A stretch of 64,000 nucleotides of DNA from Octopus vulgaris (lineage: Eukaryota): assembly GCA_951406725.2 (NCBI GenBank), contig OX597824.1:15500001-15564000 (forward strand), written 5' to 3'. Positions within the stretch are counted from its first letter, which is position 1, and each line of letters begins with the position of its first letter. The notes beneath the pieces were generated by a model. The model made no database searches. It was not told where the DNA came from and worked only from the letters and a program-made list of their open reading frames with translations. The position numbers were made by a program, and so were the translations under genes. Positions 1 to 13,963 of the stretch are shown piece after piece.

Positions 1-467
1 AAAGAATGGGGTTTGGTTTTCTATCAAAAGGGATCGTAAATGGAAAGAAAGAGGACAAAAAGGGGGGGGGATAAAAAAAAAAAAAAACGGGGGGGGGGTA
101 ATGAAAAAAAATTGATGAATAGGGATTGTTATCACAGAAATGTCAATATGAAGTGTAAAGGGGAGGACAGATGAGGTTTACCCGTGGAAAGAAAAGCCTA
201 CGGAAAAGAGTACGGTAACCTCGGTCAATGAAGTCACATGCGATATTTCTTTTTTTTTTTTTGCAAATAAGCAACTCTCTGTATTAATTTTTACGGTTCA
301 TAGAATCATAGTCAAGGTGGCTTCGTCATTCATACGTGCCATCCTTGCTACATTCACCCATCTTTTTTTAAAACATTCACTAAACAAAACTTGCCTCTCT
401 ACTCTCACTTTCCTCTTCAAGTGATACTTGAAGAAGTTGATGAGAGATTGACCAAAGAGGAAAGTGT
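1..467 (-). mobile_element. 3' fragment of a Tx1/L1-like non-LTR retrotransposon (ORF2 C-terminus plus 3' UTR), running off the window start
   Basis: Minus strand 467-298 reads TFLFGQSLINFFKYHLKRKVRVERQVLFSECFKKRWVNVARMARMNDEATLTMIL*. It is the reverse complement of the copy at about 37640-38050. The truncated 5' end abuts (GATA)n. Clade assignment rests on motif resemblance only. Confidence 0.6.
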
Positions 468-486
468 AGATAGATAGTAGAAAGAT

Positions 487-538
<52 letters not shown>

Positions 539-566
539 GGATAGCTAGATAGCTAGATAGGTAGAT

Positions 567-643
<77 letters not shown>

Positions 644-660
644 CATACATACATACATAG
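468..660. repeat. (GATA)n/(CATA)n microsatellite
   Basis: Direct reading. Confidence 0.97.
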
Positions 661-1011
661 ACTGATACAGTTACACATAAAATATACATCGGATAATAAT
701 AAACAATTGTTTAAAATCCATTGTTTATTTTCCGTCAGTAATATCCTCAACGTAAAAACGAAAGTGAAACAGAAATAATCAAAAAACAAAAATGAAACAA
801 GAAAGTAAACTGAAACAAATAAACAAATAATAAAACAAAATTAATAAAAAAACAATATCTTGTTATGAAGGAAAAAGTGGTTGCACTTGCGCACCGACGT
901 TCTTCTAATCGTTTCTCCTCACCATCATGTTAATACAAAAAAAAAAAAAAGATAAGAGAACTCACCGGCAGACACTCAGACATCAAACTATCAATCACCA
1001 TCGGGGAATAA

Positions 1012-2180
<1,169 letters not shown>

Positions 2181-2559
2181 GTAAGCAGCATCTTGTAAGT
2201 GGGAATAAATATCAATGGTTGCCACCGAGGCTGTCACTTATAGGCCTATGATCATAGATTGTTTGAACTAGTGATATAGTTAAAACGGCTTTGATTCTTT
2301 ACATGTTGATGGATGTGTGTTTTCACGTCTGTCTGTCTGTCTATCTATCTGTCTGTCTTTTTGTCTGTCTGTCTGTCTGTCTATTGTTTGTGGGAGCACA
2401 ATAAACATACATATGTACGTATGCTTATACATCTGCAAACGTGTGTGTATATATGTAAGGGCGTATATATACCTCCACAAGTATATGCAAATTGTCTACA
2501 TACATGTTTATACATACTATGTATACAAACGCATACAAAAATACATTATATACGCTTCA

Positions 2560-2637
<78 letters not shown>

Positions 2638-3154
2638 TGTATATATATATGTATATATGTACATACATGAATATATAGTTACATATATGTGTATCATACG
2701 TATATAAGCGATTATAAACATACTCGTCAGATACGTATATATGCATTATACATAAATATGTATATCTGTGCCTGCAAAAGTATGTCTATATTATTCGCGC
2801 GCGCACGTGTGTGTATCTGTGTGTGTGTGTGTGTGTGTGTATCTATCTATATGTATGTTCCTGTAGGTATATTTGTCTGTATGTATGTATGTTTGTGTAT
2901 GCATACACACGCTCTCTCACTCACTGTCTCTCTCTCTCACTCTTTCACTCTCTCTCTCTCTCTCATACACACACACACACACACATACACACATACACAC
3001 ACATACACACACGCGCACACACACGATTTATGTTGAGCAGTGAAAGTGTGTTGGTGTATTTCTATTTGATATATTGTTGATCAACAACTGCTCAGAAATG
3101 ATTTCACAACTGACATATTTCATTGCAGCACACACACAGACAGACACACACACA

Positions 3155-3185
<31 letters not shown>

Positions 3186-3415
3186 GCATATTTACATACA
3201 AACAATCTTTCTCTCTCACTTTCTCTCTCTTTTCCTCTCACTTTTTTTTAAATACATACGGACTACATACTCCGCTTGCATACACACACACACACACACA
3301 TAACTTCAATGAATGAGAAATATATATTCATATATATTTCCATAAAAATATATCTGAATAATACATACTGCACTGTCTACCTGTCTCCCGCAATACATAA
3401 GTATACATTATTCGT

Positions 3416-3492
<77 letters not shown>

Positions 3493-3698
3493 AACACATA
3501 CATTCGTAGCGCATTGGTCAATAACATGTAAAACAGGTGTAGACATATTTCGTGTTTGTATGTATGTGTGTACATGTGCGTGTATACATACGTTCATATA
3601 TATATATATATATGAATACATAGACATATGTATTGCATCTGTATGTATATATACATACATACATACATACATACATACATACATACATACATACATAC

Positions 3699-3743
<45 letters not shown>

Positions 3744-3802
3744 GAAATTGACAGAAAAACAAATGAAAACATGTGTATGATATATATATGTTTCTGTAGG
3801 TG

Positions 3803-3891
<89 letters not shown>

Positions 3892-4158
3892 ATGTATGTA
3901 TGTATGTATGTATGTATATATAGCTGTTTACTAAAAGTGCGCGCTTTACATATATATGTGTGCGTATATGTAACATATACACACAAACACATATATGTAA
4001 AGCGCATACTTCTAGTAAACAGCTTCCATAGACTATAAATTCGAATTTCAGTAAACAAGTTTAGTAAACAAGATTTTACTGTAAACAACAATATAATCTA
4101 GTAAAGATGGAAATGTTACCGACAGCAGCAGCAGCAGTAGAAGTAGTAGTATTAGTAT

Positions 4159-4203
<45 letters not shown>

Positions 4204-4504
4204 ACTACTTTAACGTGAATAACATAGATGTTACTTTTATCGTACTCGTATTTGGAAAAGGATATCAAATGCTCTGGGTACGCTATGCTGGAACTAAAAT
4301 ACTGCAATTGGTAAATCAAAATTATTCTTTTGGAGGAAATATGGCTGTGTTACCAAAAATGGTTCCTCCTCAATAACGTTGGTCCGCTGTTTTGATAGGA
4401 AACATTTCATGTCACCTTTTGTAAAATGTCTGTTGCTGTAGTCTCAGTTTGACTAGTGACTTCAGAGTGAAAATTGGCTAACGGAAGCCTATTTCAGTGA
4501 GTGT

Positions 4505-4805
4505 GTTTGTTCCTTCTCGAGCCACGCCTGTCTCATAAGGGCCGGTTTCCCGGTTTCCTTGGCGTATAGGTTCCACACCTGGACGGGACGCCGGTCCGTC
4601 GTAGGTGAGCTTGAAGATGCAGGAAGAAAGAATGAGAGAAAGTTGTGGCGAAAGAGTCAGCAGAAGTTCGCCATTACTTTCTGCCGGAGACGCGTGGAGC
4701 TTAAGTGTTTCGCTCATAAACACACACATCACCCGGTCTGAGATTCGAACCCGTGATCTCTCGACCGCGAGTCCGCTGCTTTAGCCACTAGGCCATGTGC
4801 CTCCA
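4505..4805 (-). mobile_element. tRNA-derived SINE family B
   Basis: Minus-strand head GGAGGCACATGGCCTAGTGGCTAAAGCAGCGGACTCGCGGTC...GGTTCGAATC (A/B boxes). Flanking duplication CAGTGAGTRTGTTTG at about 4495 and 4808. Confidence 0.85.
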
Positions 4806-4859
4806 CACAGTGAGTATGTTTGGTAAAGATGCCCGTCCTCTATCGACCAGACAACCGTA

Positions 4860-5690
4860 TGGTAATATACATCGCTGGTCACAGTATGCTTCCAATTCTT
4901 TTTAATAGCGTCCTTCTTTTCTATCTTCGCTGAAATCGTTTAACGAAATTCTATTCTCATCATCACTGTGGCATTTTTTCGATCTCTTAGATGCCACTCG
5001 ACAACTACACATACTCATGTCTTGTCTGTGAAGCATGTCCGACCCATCAGAAATTGTACTTTCGATATTCTGTGATCACGTCGTTCACTCAGCACTTTTC
5101 TCCAATAACCTAATTTCGGATACGCCCTTTCAAAGTTTCCGAGCCTTGCTCGCAAAGTTACTCTTTGTATTGTTCTTTCTGTGCCTCTCTGCATCGTAGC
5201 CAGTCGATGTCCTTCTCTTCGTAGCAGTCTACGTCTTACTTGCATATAAGAACCCAGGAAGGTCAATGTTGTTTGTTCCTTCTCGAGCCACGCATTGCTC
5301 ATAGGGCCGGTTTCCCGGTTTCCTTGGCGTATAGGTTCCCCACCTGGACGGGGCGCCGGTCCGTCGCAGGTGAGCTGCAAGATGCAGGAGGAAAGAGTGA
5401 GAGAAAGTTGTGGCGAAAGAGTCAGCAGAAGTTCGCCATTGCCTTCTGCCGGACCCGCGTGCAGCTTATGTGTTTCGCTCATAAACACACACATCGCCCG
5501 GTCTGAGATTCGAACACGCGATCCCTCGACCGCGAGTCCGCTGCTCTATCCACTAGGCCATGTGCCTCCACAGGAAGGTCAATGCCATTGAAGGAACTGG
5601 TAAGAATAGCAAAGTTAGGAAAACGGGCATTTACCTTGGCAAAAGATGTGTTCAAAGAAAAACTGGACAAGGATACGCATATCAGGGAGA
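4860..5690 (-). pseudogene. Decayed RTE-clade LINE ORF remnant, split by a SINE, with an apparently inverted 5' piece
   Basis: Minus-strand peptides FNGIDLPGFLYASKT*, LATMQRGTERTIQRVTLR, WVGH and VVEWHLRDRK resemble the RTE post-RT region. Plus-strand GKRAFTLAKDVFKEKLDKDTH lies at about 5617-5680. Confidence 0.55.
5270..5570 (-). mobile_element. tRNA-derived SINE family B
   Basis: Paralog of 4505-4805, with a 14-bp TSD CAGGAAGGTCAATG at about 5256 and 5571. Confidence 0.88.
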
Positions 5691-5949
5691 AATTACTGAT
5701 AAATTTTTGCAGCTATATACTTCTCCTGTGTTGTTACATGCTCTTTTTCTTTATTAGGCATAAAACCCTAAATACAGAGGGTAAACTACGAGGACAGAAA
5801 ACACAAACGTGGGACACTTGCCCAAGGTGCCAAGCAGTGGGATTGAACCCGGAACCATGTGGTTCGTAAGCAAGCTACTTACCACACATCCACTCCTACG
5901 CCTTTGAATATATTTATTTTATTATAAATACAACGGAGGAAACGACGTA

Positions 5950-6024
5950 TGCTAAAATAACGAACCGGGATAAGTGAACCGCGATAGGCGCCCCGCGATA
6001 AAGCGACATGGCGAGGGATTACTG
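5950..6024 (+). mobile_element. Right-end fragment of a Tigger/pogo-like TIR element
   Basis: GAACCGCGATAGG subterminal repeats and the end GAGGGATTACTG|TA, as at 62071-62084. Confidence 0.7.
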
Positions 6025-6120
6025 TATAAAAAGGAGAGAAATATCCATATATGACGCCATACTTCTCCCACTCGCTCTCTCCCTCCCTTCCTCTGAGAAT
6101 CTGTCTGTTTGTCCGTGTAT

Positions 6121-6568
6121 AGGCGCAGGAGTGGCTGTGTGGTAAGTAGCTTGCTAACCAACCACATGGTTCCGTATTCAGTCCCACTGCGTGGCACCTT
6201 GGGCAAGTGTCTTCTGCTATAGCCCCGGGCCGACCAATGCCTTGTGAGTGGATTTGGTAGACGGAAACTGAAAGAAGCCTGTCATATATATGTATATATA
6301 TATATATATATGCATGTGTTTGTGTGTCTGTGTTTGTCCCCCTAGCATTGCTTGACAACCGATGCTGGTGTGTTTACGTCCCCGTCACTTAGCGGTTCGG
6401 CAAAAGAGACCGATAGAATAAGTACTGGGCTTACAAAGAATAAGTCCCGGGGTCGATTTGCTCGACTAAAGGCGGTGCTCCAGCATGGCCGCAGTCAAAT
6501 GGCTGAAACAAGTAAAAGAGTAAAAGAGTAAAAGAGTAAAAGAGTAAAAGAGTAAAAGAGTAAAGAGT
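6121..6568 (+). mobile_element. tRNA-derived SINE family A (internal TA/TG microsatellite, (AAAGAGT)n tail)
   Basis: Head GGCGCAGGAGTGGCTGTGTGGTAAG...TTCAGTCCC and 3' end CAGCATGGCCGCAGTCAAATGRCTGAAACAAGTAAAAGAG. More than 20 copies or fragments in the window. Confidence 0.92.
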
Positions 6569-6847
6569 ATTACGTCGCTGTTGTTCATTGCAGCTATAAA
6601 CTGACGTTTATCGTCTTACATTCACTCTTACGTTATTAGTCTTTCGTAATAATGATATTATATACTATTACGTCTATGAGGTGACAGTCTGTCTGTCTGA
6701 TTCAATGCAGTGTCTGCATGTGTCCGCTTGGCTACGGGCATGGATGGATGATCAGGTTATTAATTTCAGCCTTTATATTTCTATCGACATTAATTTTCCA
6801 TGGTGATTATCTTCTGACAATACTGTTGCTACATGTATGTATGTATG

Positions 6848-6881
<34 letters not shown>

Positions 6882-7167
6882 TGTATGTATGTATGTATGT
6901 ATGTATGTATGTATGTATGTATGTATGTATGTATGGATGGATGGATGGATGGATGTATGGATGTATGTATGTATGGATGGATGGATGTATGTATGTATGT
7001 ATGTATGTATGGATGGATGGATGTATGTATGTATGTATGTATGTATGTATCTATCTATCTATTTATGTATGTATCTATCTATTGTCTGGTCTGTATGACT
7101 GTATGTTTGTATGGCTACCTGGCTGTCTGTATATCTATGTTTCTTTGCTGTTTTACTGCATGTATGC

Positions 7168-7223
<56 letters not shown>

Positions 7224-7599
7224 TATATGTGCGTGTATGTATGTGCGTACGTGTCTACGTCTGTATGCATACGTGTATACGTGTGATGTTGCTTCTGTCG
7301 ATTTCAAACAGTGATTCCTAATACTCATGAGAAGTTTCTTTTTTAGTTGAATTTAAACCATTTTTAAGTTAAGAAAAAAAAAACGATCAAAACAAAAAAG
7401 CAAAAACCAAAAAGAAATGAAGCAAACAAACTCAGACATTTTTATTGTCTGAATCATGCTAGAAGAGAAAAATATGTCAAGTGAGAGGTGTGAATCGTCT
7501 TAATTACCAATTATCTACCCGTATACCATCAATCAACAATGTATTCTATATATTTAGTGAGAATTTGCAAAAAAAGAAAAGAAAAACCCCCCCAAAAAA

Positions 7600-7745
7600 A
7601 TCAAAAGACGAAGACGGGTGGTGTAAACAACAAACAGATATATTAGTTTAACGCTCGGAAAGGGAGAAAGTCTTTAACGTTTCGAGCCTACGCTCTTCGA
7701 CAGAAAGGAACACAGAAATAAACAGGGAGATAAAATAGAAAAATA
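7600..7745 (-). mobile_element. Penelope-like (PLE) end fragment carrying a minimal hammerhead-like motif
   Basis: Homologous to both arms of 24798-25175 and related to 37181-37350. Confidence 0.55.
7672..7707 (-). ncRNA. Minimal type I hammerhead-like motif (A6U core variant)
   Basis: Minus strand: CTTT CTGTCGA A GAGC GTAG GCTC GAAA CG TT AAAG. Stem I CTTT/AAAG, stem II GAGC/GCTC, palindromic AACGTT stem III. Confidence 0.6.
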
Positions 7746-7750
7746 GATAT

Positions 7751-8161
7751 ACTCTTTTACTCTTACTCTTTTACTTGTTTCAGTCATTTGACTGCGGCCA
7801 TGCTGGAGCACCGCCTTTAGTCGAGCAAATCGACCCCGGGACTTATTCTTTGTAAGCCCAGTACTTATTCTATCGGTCTCTTTTTTGCTGAACCGCTAAG
7901 TAACGGGGACGTGAACACACCAGCATTGGTTGTCAAGCAATGCTAGGGGGACAAACACAGACACACAAACACACACATATATATATATACATATATACGA
8001 CAGGATTCTTTCAGTTTCCGTCTACCAAATCCACTCACAAGGCATTGGTCGGCCCGGGGCTATAGTAGAAGACACTTGCCCAAGGTGCCACGCAGTGGGA
8101 CTGAACCCGGAACCATGTGGTTGGTTAGCAAGCTACTTACCACACAGCCACTCTTGCGCCT
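7751..8161 (-). mobile_element. SINE family A
   Basis: Full-length reverse complement of 6121-6568. Confidence 0.92.
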
Positions 8162-8359
8162 ATATTTACTATATATTTACTCATCTTAACTCTAAGCTCA
8201 TTGTGTAACAAAATCCCATTTCTCTCCCTTAATTGCTATGGTACCTCATTTCAGCTACATGTGATACCACTTTCTATAGGATTACTTCTTCAGTATTGCA
8301 GTCTACAGACTATATCAACCTATCGTAATACCATTCATTTATTCTCAAATAGAATAAAT

Positions 8360-8789
8360 AGGCGCAGGAGTGGCTGTTTGGTAAGTAGCTTGCTAACCAA
8401 CCACATGGTTCCGGGTTCAGTCCCACTGCGTGGCATCTTGGGCAAGTGTCTTCTGCTATAGCCCCGGGCCGACCAATGCCTTGTGAGTGGATTTGGTAGA
8501 CGGAAACTGAAAGAAGCCTGTCGTATATATGTATATATACATATATAAGTGTGTGTGAATATGTTTGTGTGTCTGTGTTTGTCCCCCTAGCATTGCTTGA
8601 CAACCGATGCTGGTGTGTTTACGTCCCCGTCACTTAGCGGTTCGGCAAAAGAGACCGATAGAATAAGTACTGAGCTTACAAAAGAATAAGTCCCGTGGTC
8701 GATTTGCTCGACTAAAGGCGGTGCTCCAGCATGGCCGCAGTCAAATGACTGAAACAAGTAAAGAGTAAAGAGTAAAGAGAGAGAGTAAA
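8360..8789 (+). mobile_element. SINE family A
   Basis: Full-length copy. Confidence 0.92.
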
Positions 8790-9906
8790 TACCCTTAGAG
8801 TATCGCAGACACATCTGTGTCATCCTAACTTATGCCTAGTGTAGGACAGAATCTGTCCTGCTCAACATCTCTCACCTCAACCAGGGACCGTAACTGGAAG
8901 TAGATTATCAAAACTGCTAAGCAAAACATCTCAAGATTTTCCACTGCTCTTGAAAAATGATTGATCGAAGATATATTGCACTATTAAAAAGCCGTTTATT
9001 GATTATGTGATTTCGATTTGAAAACCAGGAATTGGTAGTTTGGTTGGCGAATGATTCAAAAGGATGTAGTTTCTTAATGTATCAAATCTTGACCTATAGC
9101 TTCGTTTATTGGTCTTGTTGACAACCAATACCTGGCTTATATAATGTCTATTTTTTTTTCTATTCAGATTTCTTCAAATTAGATTTTGCACAACAAATAT
9201 AATCATCAAGTCGCTCACGCTTGCGAATATTATCTATTCTATGCGGGATCTGAATGGACAGCTAGGAACGTTAACTGCAAATACACACGCGTCCATACAC
9301 ATTCCTTTTTATATTCTGTCAGATTGTATGAGAAACAGATCAATGGGAAACTAATGCGAGTATATATAAATATTTTCTCAACGCCAGCAAAATTTATTGA
9401 TTCTTTGGGCGATCGTTTGACTAGTTGTTCGTTCAGTCGGTTGGTCGTTCACTCTTTTTACACGTTATACTATAGCAATCACACCAGCATAATTGAACTT
9501 AAACAGAAATAGATCTGTTTTCTATATCTTCTATAAAAAAAAAACTGTCAGAATATGGCAGCGTCTCTTCGTAATAGAATGTATATGCATCTTTATATGG
9601 TCAACAAAACTCGGGATTGAAATAACCGAAGAGAAATATGCAGAATATATATTAAATTCAAGAAGGATCTTTAGATAGATATTCTGCTGAGTGGAGAGAA
9701 TAATTATCTGCAGTGACACACAGTGGAAGCTGACGATTTACAGATCAAGATTGCATACCGAGAGTGAGTTAATAAAACAGAAGAAATATACGCTAATACA
9801 TGCATACATACATACAAAAATACATATATATGTGAATATATATATCTACATATACACACAAACACCCACACATAATATATATATGTATATATGCGTATAT
9901 ATATGC

Positions 9907-9950
<44 letters not shown>

Positions 9951-9954
9951 ATCA

Positions 9955-10248
9955 CGTGACCGACCAGACCATCAGATGTTGTTACACATCGTTGGTCTCA
10001 ATGCGCTCGCATTGTTTTAGACTTCGAATGACGCCACCCCGCTGGCTAAGCGAGCAGGCCAACAGAAGAAAGAGTGGGAGAAAGAGTGGTGAAAGAGTAC
10101 AGCAGGGATCACCACCCCCTGCCGGAGCGTCGTGGAGCTTTTAGGTGTTTTCGCACAATAAACACTCACAACGCCCGGTCTGGGAATCGAAACCACGATC
10201 CTGCGACCGCGAGTCCGCTGCCCTAACTACTGGGCCATTGCGCCTCCA
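9955..10248 (-). mobile_element. SINE family B (different 3' tail)
   Basis: Head and core shared with 4620-4805 and 34668-34860. Confidence 0.85.
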
Positions 10249-10272
10249 TTTATATATATATTTATATATCTA

Positions 10273-10340
<68 letters not shown>

Positions 10341-11061
10341 GGTATGTCTGTCTGTCTGCATTTTGCAGACGATCTGATTTTTATTGAAATTGAAAGTTAG
10401 TTTCACGACATAAATTACACGCCACTGTGTGAAATTCCTCTGAAGATTGCAGTGGCGTGAAACACGAGTAGCTGCCCGTGAGACAAAGTCTCAATTTCAG
10501 TTTTCAGTTTCCCCCTCACAAAAAATTCAAAATATGTCTATTCATGTAGACATATTTTATGAATATATATATATATACAAATTGAGATAGGGGTTGCAAA
10601 TGCAACCCTCCATGGGATAACATATATCCAATATACTGCTAGTGAAGTACCCAACAAAGTTAATACATAATACATAATACATACAGGCCTTAGGATATTT
10701 TTGTAAATGTCTCATTTATAACTACATATTGACCTACCACACATGGCTAATATAAGTAAAATGAGACATACTTATCTGCATGGCCGAAACAGCTGTAAGA
10801 TGTAGTTTATATTTATATTTATATTTATTTATATTTATATTCTCTTATACATATTGTACTTATTGTATCATATTACTCCTTTATGTACACTGTTTTGTTC
10901 TATATTATTATGTTTGACCTTAAAGTTTCTTATGTAGTGGTTTAATAAAGTATGTGATTGGGTATTATCTGGTAGTTGATATTTGATTTGGATGTATTTC
11001 TCCATTTTCTTATTTTGTATATATATGTATATATATGCCTATATATATATATATATTATAA

Positions 11062-11103
<42 letters not shown>

Positions 11104-11113
11104 TATTATAAAC

Positions 11114-11195
<82 letters not shown>

Positions 11196-11198
11196 TTC

Positions 11199-11966
11199 TT
11201 TATAAATAATTTACAATATAAGGGCAAAAGAAAAATTCTAATGCCAAATATGCCGAAAAAAAGACAAAACTTGTCAATTAACCATTATAATTTAATTATA
11301 ATTATAATTATAACCAATATAAATTATAATGGTTTATTGACAATTTTTGTCTTTTTTTTCGGCATATTTGGCATTAGAATTTTTCTTTTGCCCTTATATG
11401 GTAAATTATTTATAAATTTAACCTTTAAAGGTGTTTTTTTGATATGCTGTCCATTGATGAAATTTTTTTCCCGAAAAAAATTTTATCCTACATTAGTTAT
11501 AAATTTGAATAGCGTTCACTTCCGGATTCTATCACTCTGATATAGTTCGAATCACACGTGTCTCGAGACGTGCCGAAGATTTTCTATTTTGGATATATTT
11601 GGGGTACTTAGGTCTGCTCGGGACTTGGTGTTTGCTTTTTCCATGGGTATGAGTAAGTATTTCACTTATATCTCGCGTATTTGCCGCTGAAGAGGAGAAA
11701 ATTCTTATGAATTAACTCCGAAATTGGTCCAATATGGTAATAACTAATTTTTTAGAAATTTCTATCGGTTTGTTTCGAGACGCATAAATTATAATGGTTA
11801 AATTGACAATTTTTGTCTTTTTTTCGGCATATTTGGCATTAGAATTTTTTCTTTTCCCCTTATTTTTGTAAAATATTTATAAATTTAACCTTTAAAGGTG
11901 TTTTTTGATATGCTGGCCATTGATGAAATTTTTTTCCCGAAAAAATTTTATCCTACATTAGTTATA
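11199..11966 (+). mobile_element. Penelope-like pLTR-type element: inverted 5' tail plus about 183-bp terminal direct repeats around a hammerhead-like motif
   Basis: IR arms 11199-11294 / 11320-11416. Direct repeats 11319-11501 and 11784-11966 (period 465). Preceded by (TA)n. Confidence 0.7.
11676..11736 (+). ncRNA. Type I hammerhead-like motif (decayed stems I and III)
   Basis: CTGAAGA GGAG aa AATTC ttat GAATT aa CTCC GAAA TTGG TC. Core and stem II intact, stem I poor. Confidence 0.6.
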
Positions 11967-12284
11967 TATTTCTTTATATATACAAATATTACAGGCACAC
12001 TAAATAAACATAGACGCACATAGAGATATAAGCATGCGCAAATGAAGACATACAATAGAAATACAAAATGGCTGACGGTTAGTAAGGAGAGGCACAAATA
12101 AGAAAGAAGAAAGCAAAGGACCACTGATGCGGTCACAGGAGTGTGACGAAAGAACTCTGGCTGAAATAAGATTAAGATTAATGTAAAAAATAAATAACAC
12201 TGAAGCAAAATAACAATCAAATATATAGTGCGCGTGTTTTTATTGGCTAAACTGGCAAAATGACCATTCCGAAATACAACAATA

Positions 12285-12505
12285 TTTCTTTATTGCCCAC
12301 AGGATATTAAACACAGAGGAGATAAACGAAGGGATTAAGTCGATTACATCGACCCCAGTGCGTAACCGGTACTTATTTAATCGATCACGAAAGGATGAAA
12401 GGCAAAGTCGACCTCGGAGAAATTTGAACTCAGAACGTAGCGGCAGACGAAATACTGCTGAGCATTTCGTCCGGCGTGCTAACGTTTCTGCCAGATCGCC
12501 GCCTA
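12285..12505 (-). mobile_element. SINE family C (Nin-domain-like)
   Basis: Minus-strand GGCGGCGA.CTGGCAGAAACGTTAGC...GAGTTCAAATT...GCCTTTCATCCTTTCG...CGATTAAATAAGTACC. Confidence 0.85.
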
Positions 12506-12514
12506 TACATAAAT

Positions 12515-12585
<71 letters not shown>

Positions 12586-12723
12586 TGTATGTATATATAT
12601 AGCTGTCACACTCCCCTTCATTTTGTCACTCTTTGTTCCCCTTCTCTCTCTGCCATTCTCTTTTTCCTCCCCGCTTTCTCTCTCTCTCTCTCTCTTCCTC
12701 TCTCTCTCTCTCTCTCTCTCTTC

Positions 12724-12760
<37 letters not shown>

Positions 12761-13401
12761 CTTCCTCTCTCTCTCTCTTTTCTTTCCTCTCAACAAACTT
12801 GCTGGCGTTATTCAAGTGTGACCCAAGTTATGGTTAATTAGATATACTTCAGTATTATAACACAATGGACGTTTCGACAATTAGAGCAAACGATAGAGGT
12901 AGGGCATACCCCGGTCGAGTGGCGGCGGTGGTGGCGGCGGCGGTCGGTAATGGTGGTGGTGATGTCAGTAGTGATAGCTGTTGTGGTAGCGGTGACGGTG
13001 GTGACGATAACAATGATGGTGGGAGTAGAGGTGGTGATGGTAGGAGAGATAACAATGATAATAGTAGTACTGGCGTTGGTGGTAGTGGTGATATAAAAGT
13101 GGCGGTAGAAATAATAGCAGTTGTAGAAGCGATATGTAATATATTGGTAGTAGAGTCATGATCGACAAAGTCTTTCCAGTCGTGATCTTCTCTTCTGTCC
13201 TCATATGCAATAATATCTAGGACCAGGTAATCCAATATGGTGCAGCGTGTCCTTTCATATAACTGCAGGATATGATTTGCGAGCGATTTGACAGTTATTT
13301 CTAGCAGGACAAATGACCATGTAGAGGCTGTCTCGTTACACTGTGACTTAATTGATAGTGCAGTAGTTTTAGTGATGTTAGTGCTAGGTTTTGTAGAAGC
13401 T

Positions 13402-13520
13402 GTCAGGATGGCCGAGTGGTCTAAGGCGCCAGACTCAAGGTACATGTAATATACCTTAACCGGAACATTGAGTATTCTGGTCCACGGATGTGGACGTAGG
13501 TTCGAATCTCACTTCTGACA
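13402..13520 (+). tRNA. trnL-CAA: tRNA-Leu(CAA) with canonical intron (13440-13474)
   Basis: GTCAGGATGGCCGAGTGGTCTAAGGCGCCAGACTCAAG | 35-nt intron | TTCTGGTCCACGGATGTGGACGTAGGTTCGAATCTCACTTCTGACA. Acceptor GTCAGGA/TTCTGAC, anticodon CAA at 13436-13438, long variable arm, TTTT at 13533-13536. One A:C mismatch in the T-stem. Confidence 0.93.
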
Positions 13521-13538
13521 GATAACGTTTCATTTTAT

Positions 13539-13932
13539 AGGCGTTGGAGTGGCTGGGTGGTAAGTAGCTTGTTTACTAACCACATATTTCTGGGTTCAGT
13601 CACACTGCGTGGCACCTTGGGCAAGTGTCATCTACTATTGCCTCGGGCCGACCAAAGCCTTGTGAGTGGATTTGGTAGACAGAAACTGAAAGAAGCCTGT
13701 CGTATATATGTATATGTTTGTGTGTCTGTGTTTGTCCCCCCCCCCCAACGTCGCTTGACAACCGATGCTGGTGTGTTTACATCCCCGTAACTTAGCGGTT
13801 CGGCAAAAGAGACCGATAGAAAAAGTACTAGGCTTACAAAGAATAAGTCCTGGGGTCGATTTGCTCGACTAAAGGCGGTGCTCCAGTATGGCCACAGTCA
13901 AATGACTGAAATAAGTAAAAGAGTAAAAGAGT
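13539..13932 (+). mobile_element. SINE family A
   Basis: Full-length copy immediately downstream of the tRNA terminator. Confidence 0.9.
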
Positions 13933-13963
13933 AGTGTTGTATACACACATATAACAATATTGA

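Noticed and set aside
6121-6200. SINE heads as tRNA genes
   Set aside because: A/B boxes are present but there is no complete cloverleaf, and they continue into repeat bodies
10430-10480. CTGAAGA...GAAACACGAGTA hammerhead-like string
   Set aside because: No stem I pairing and a U-U pair at the base of stem II
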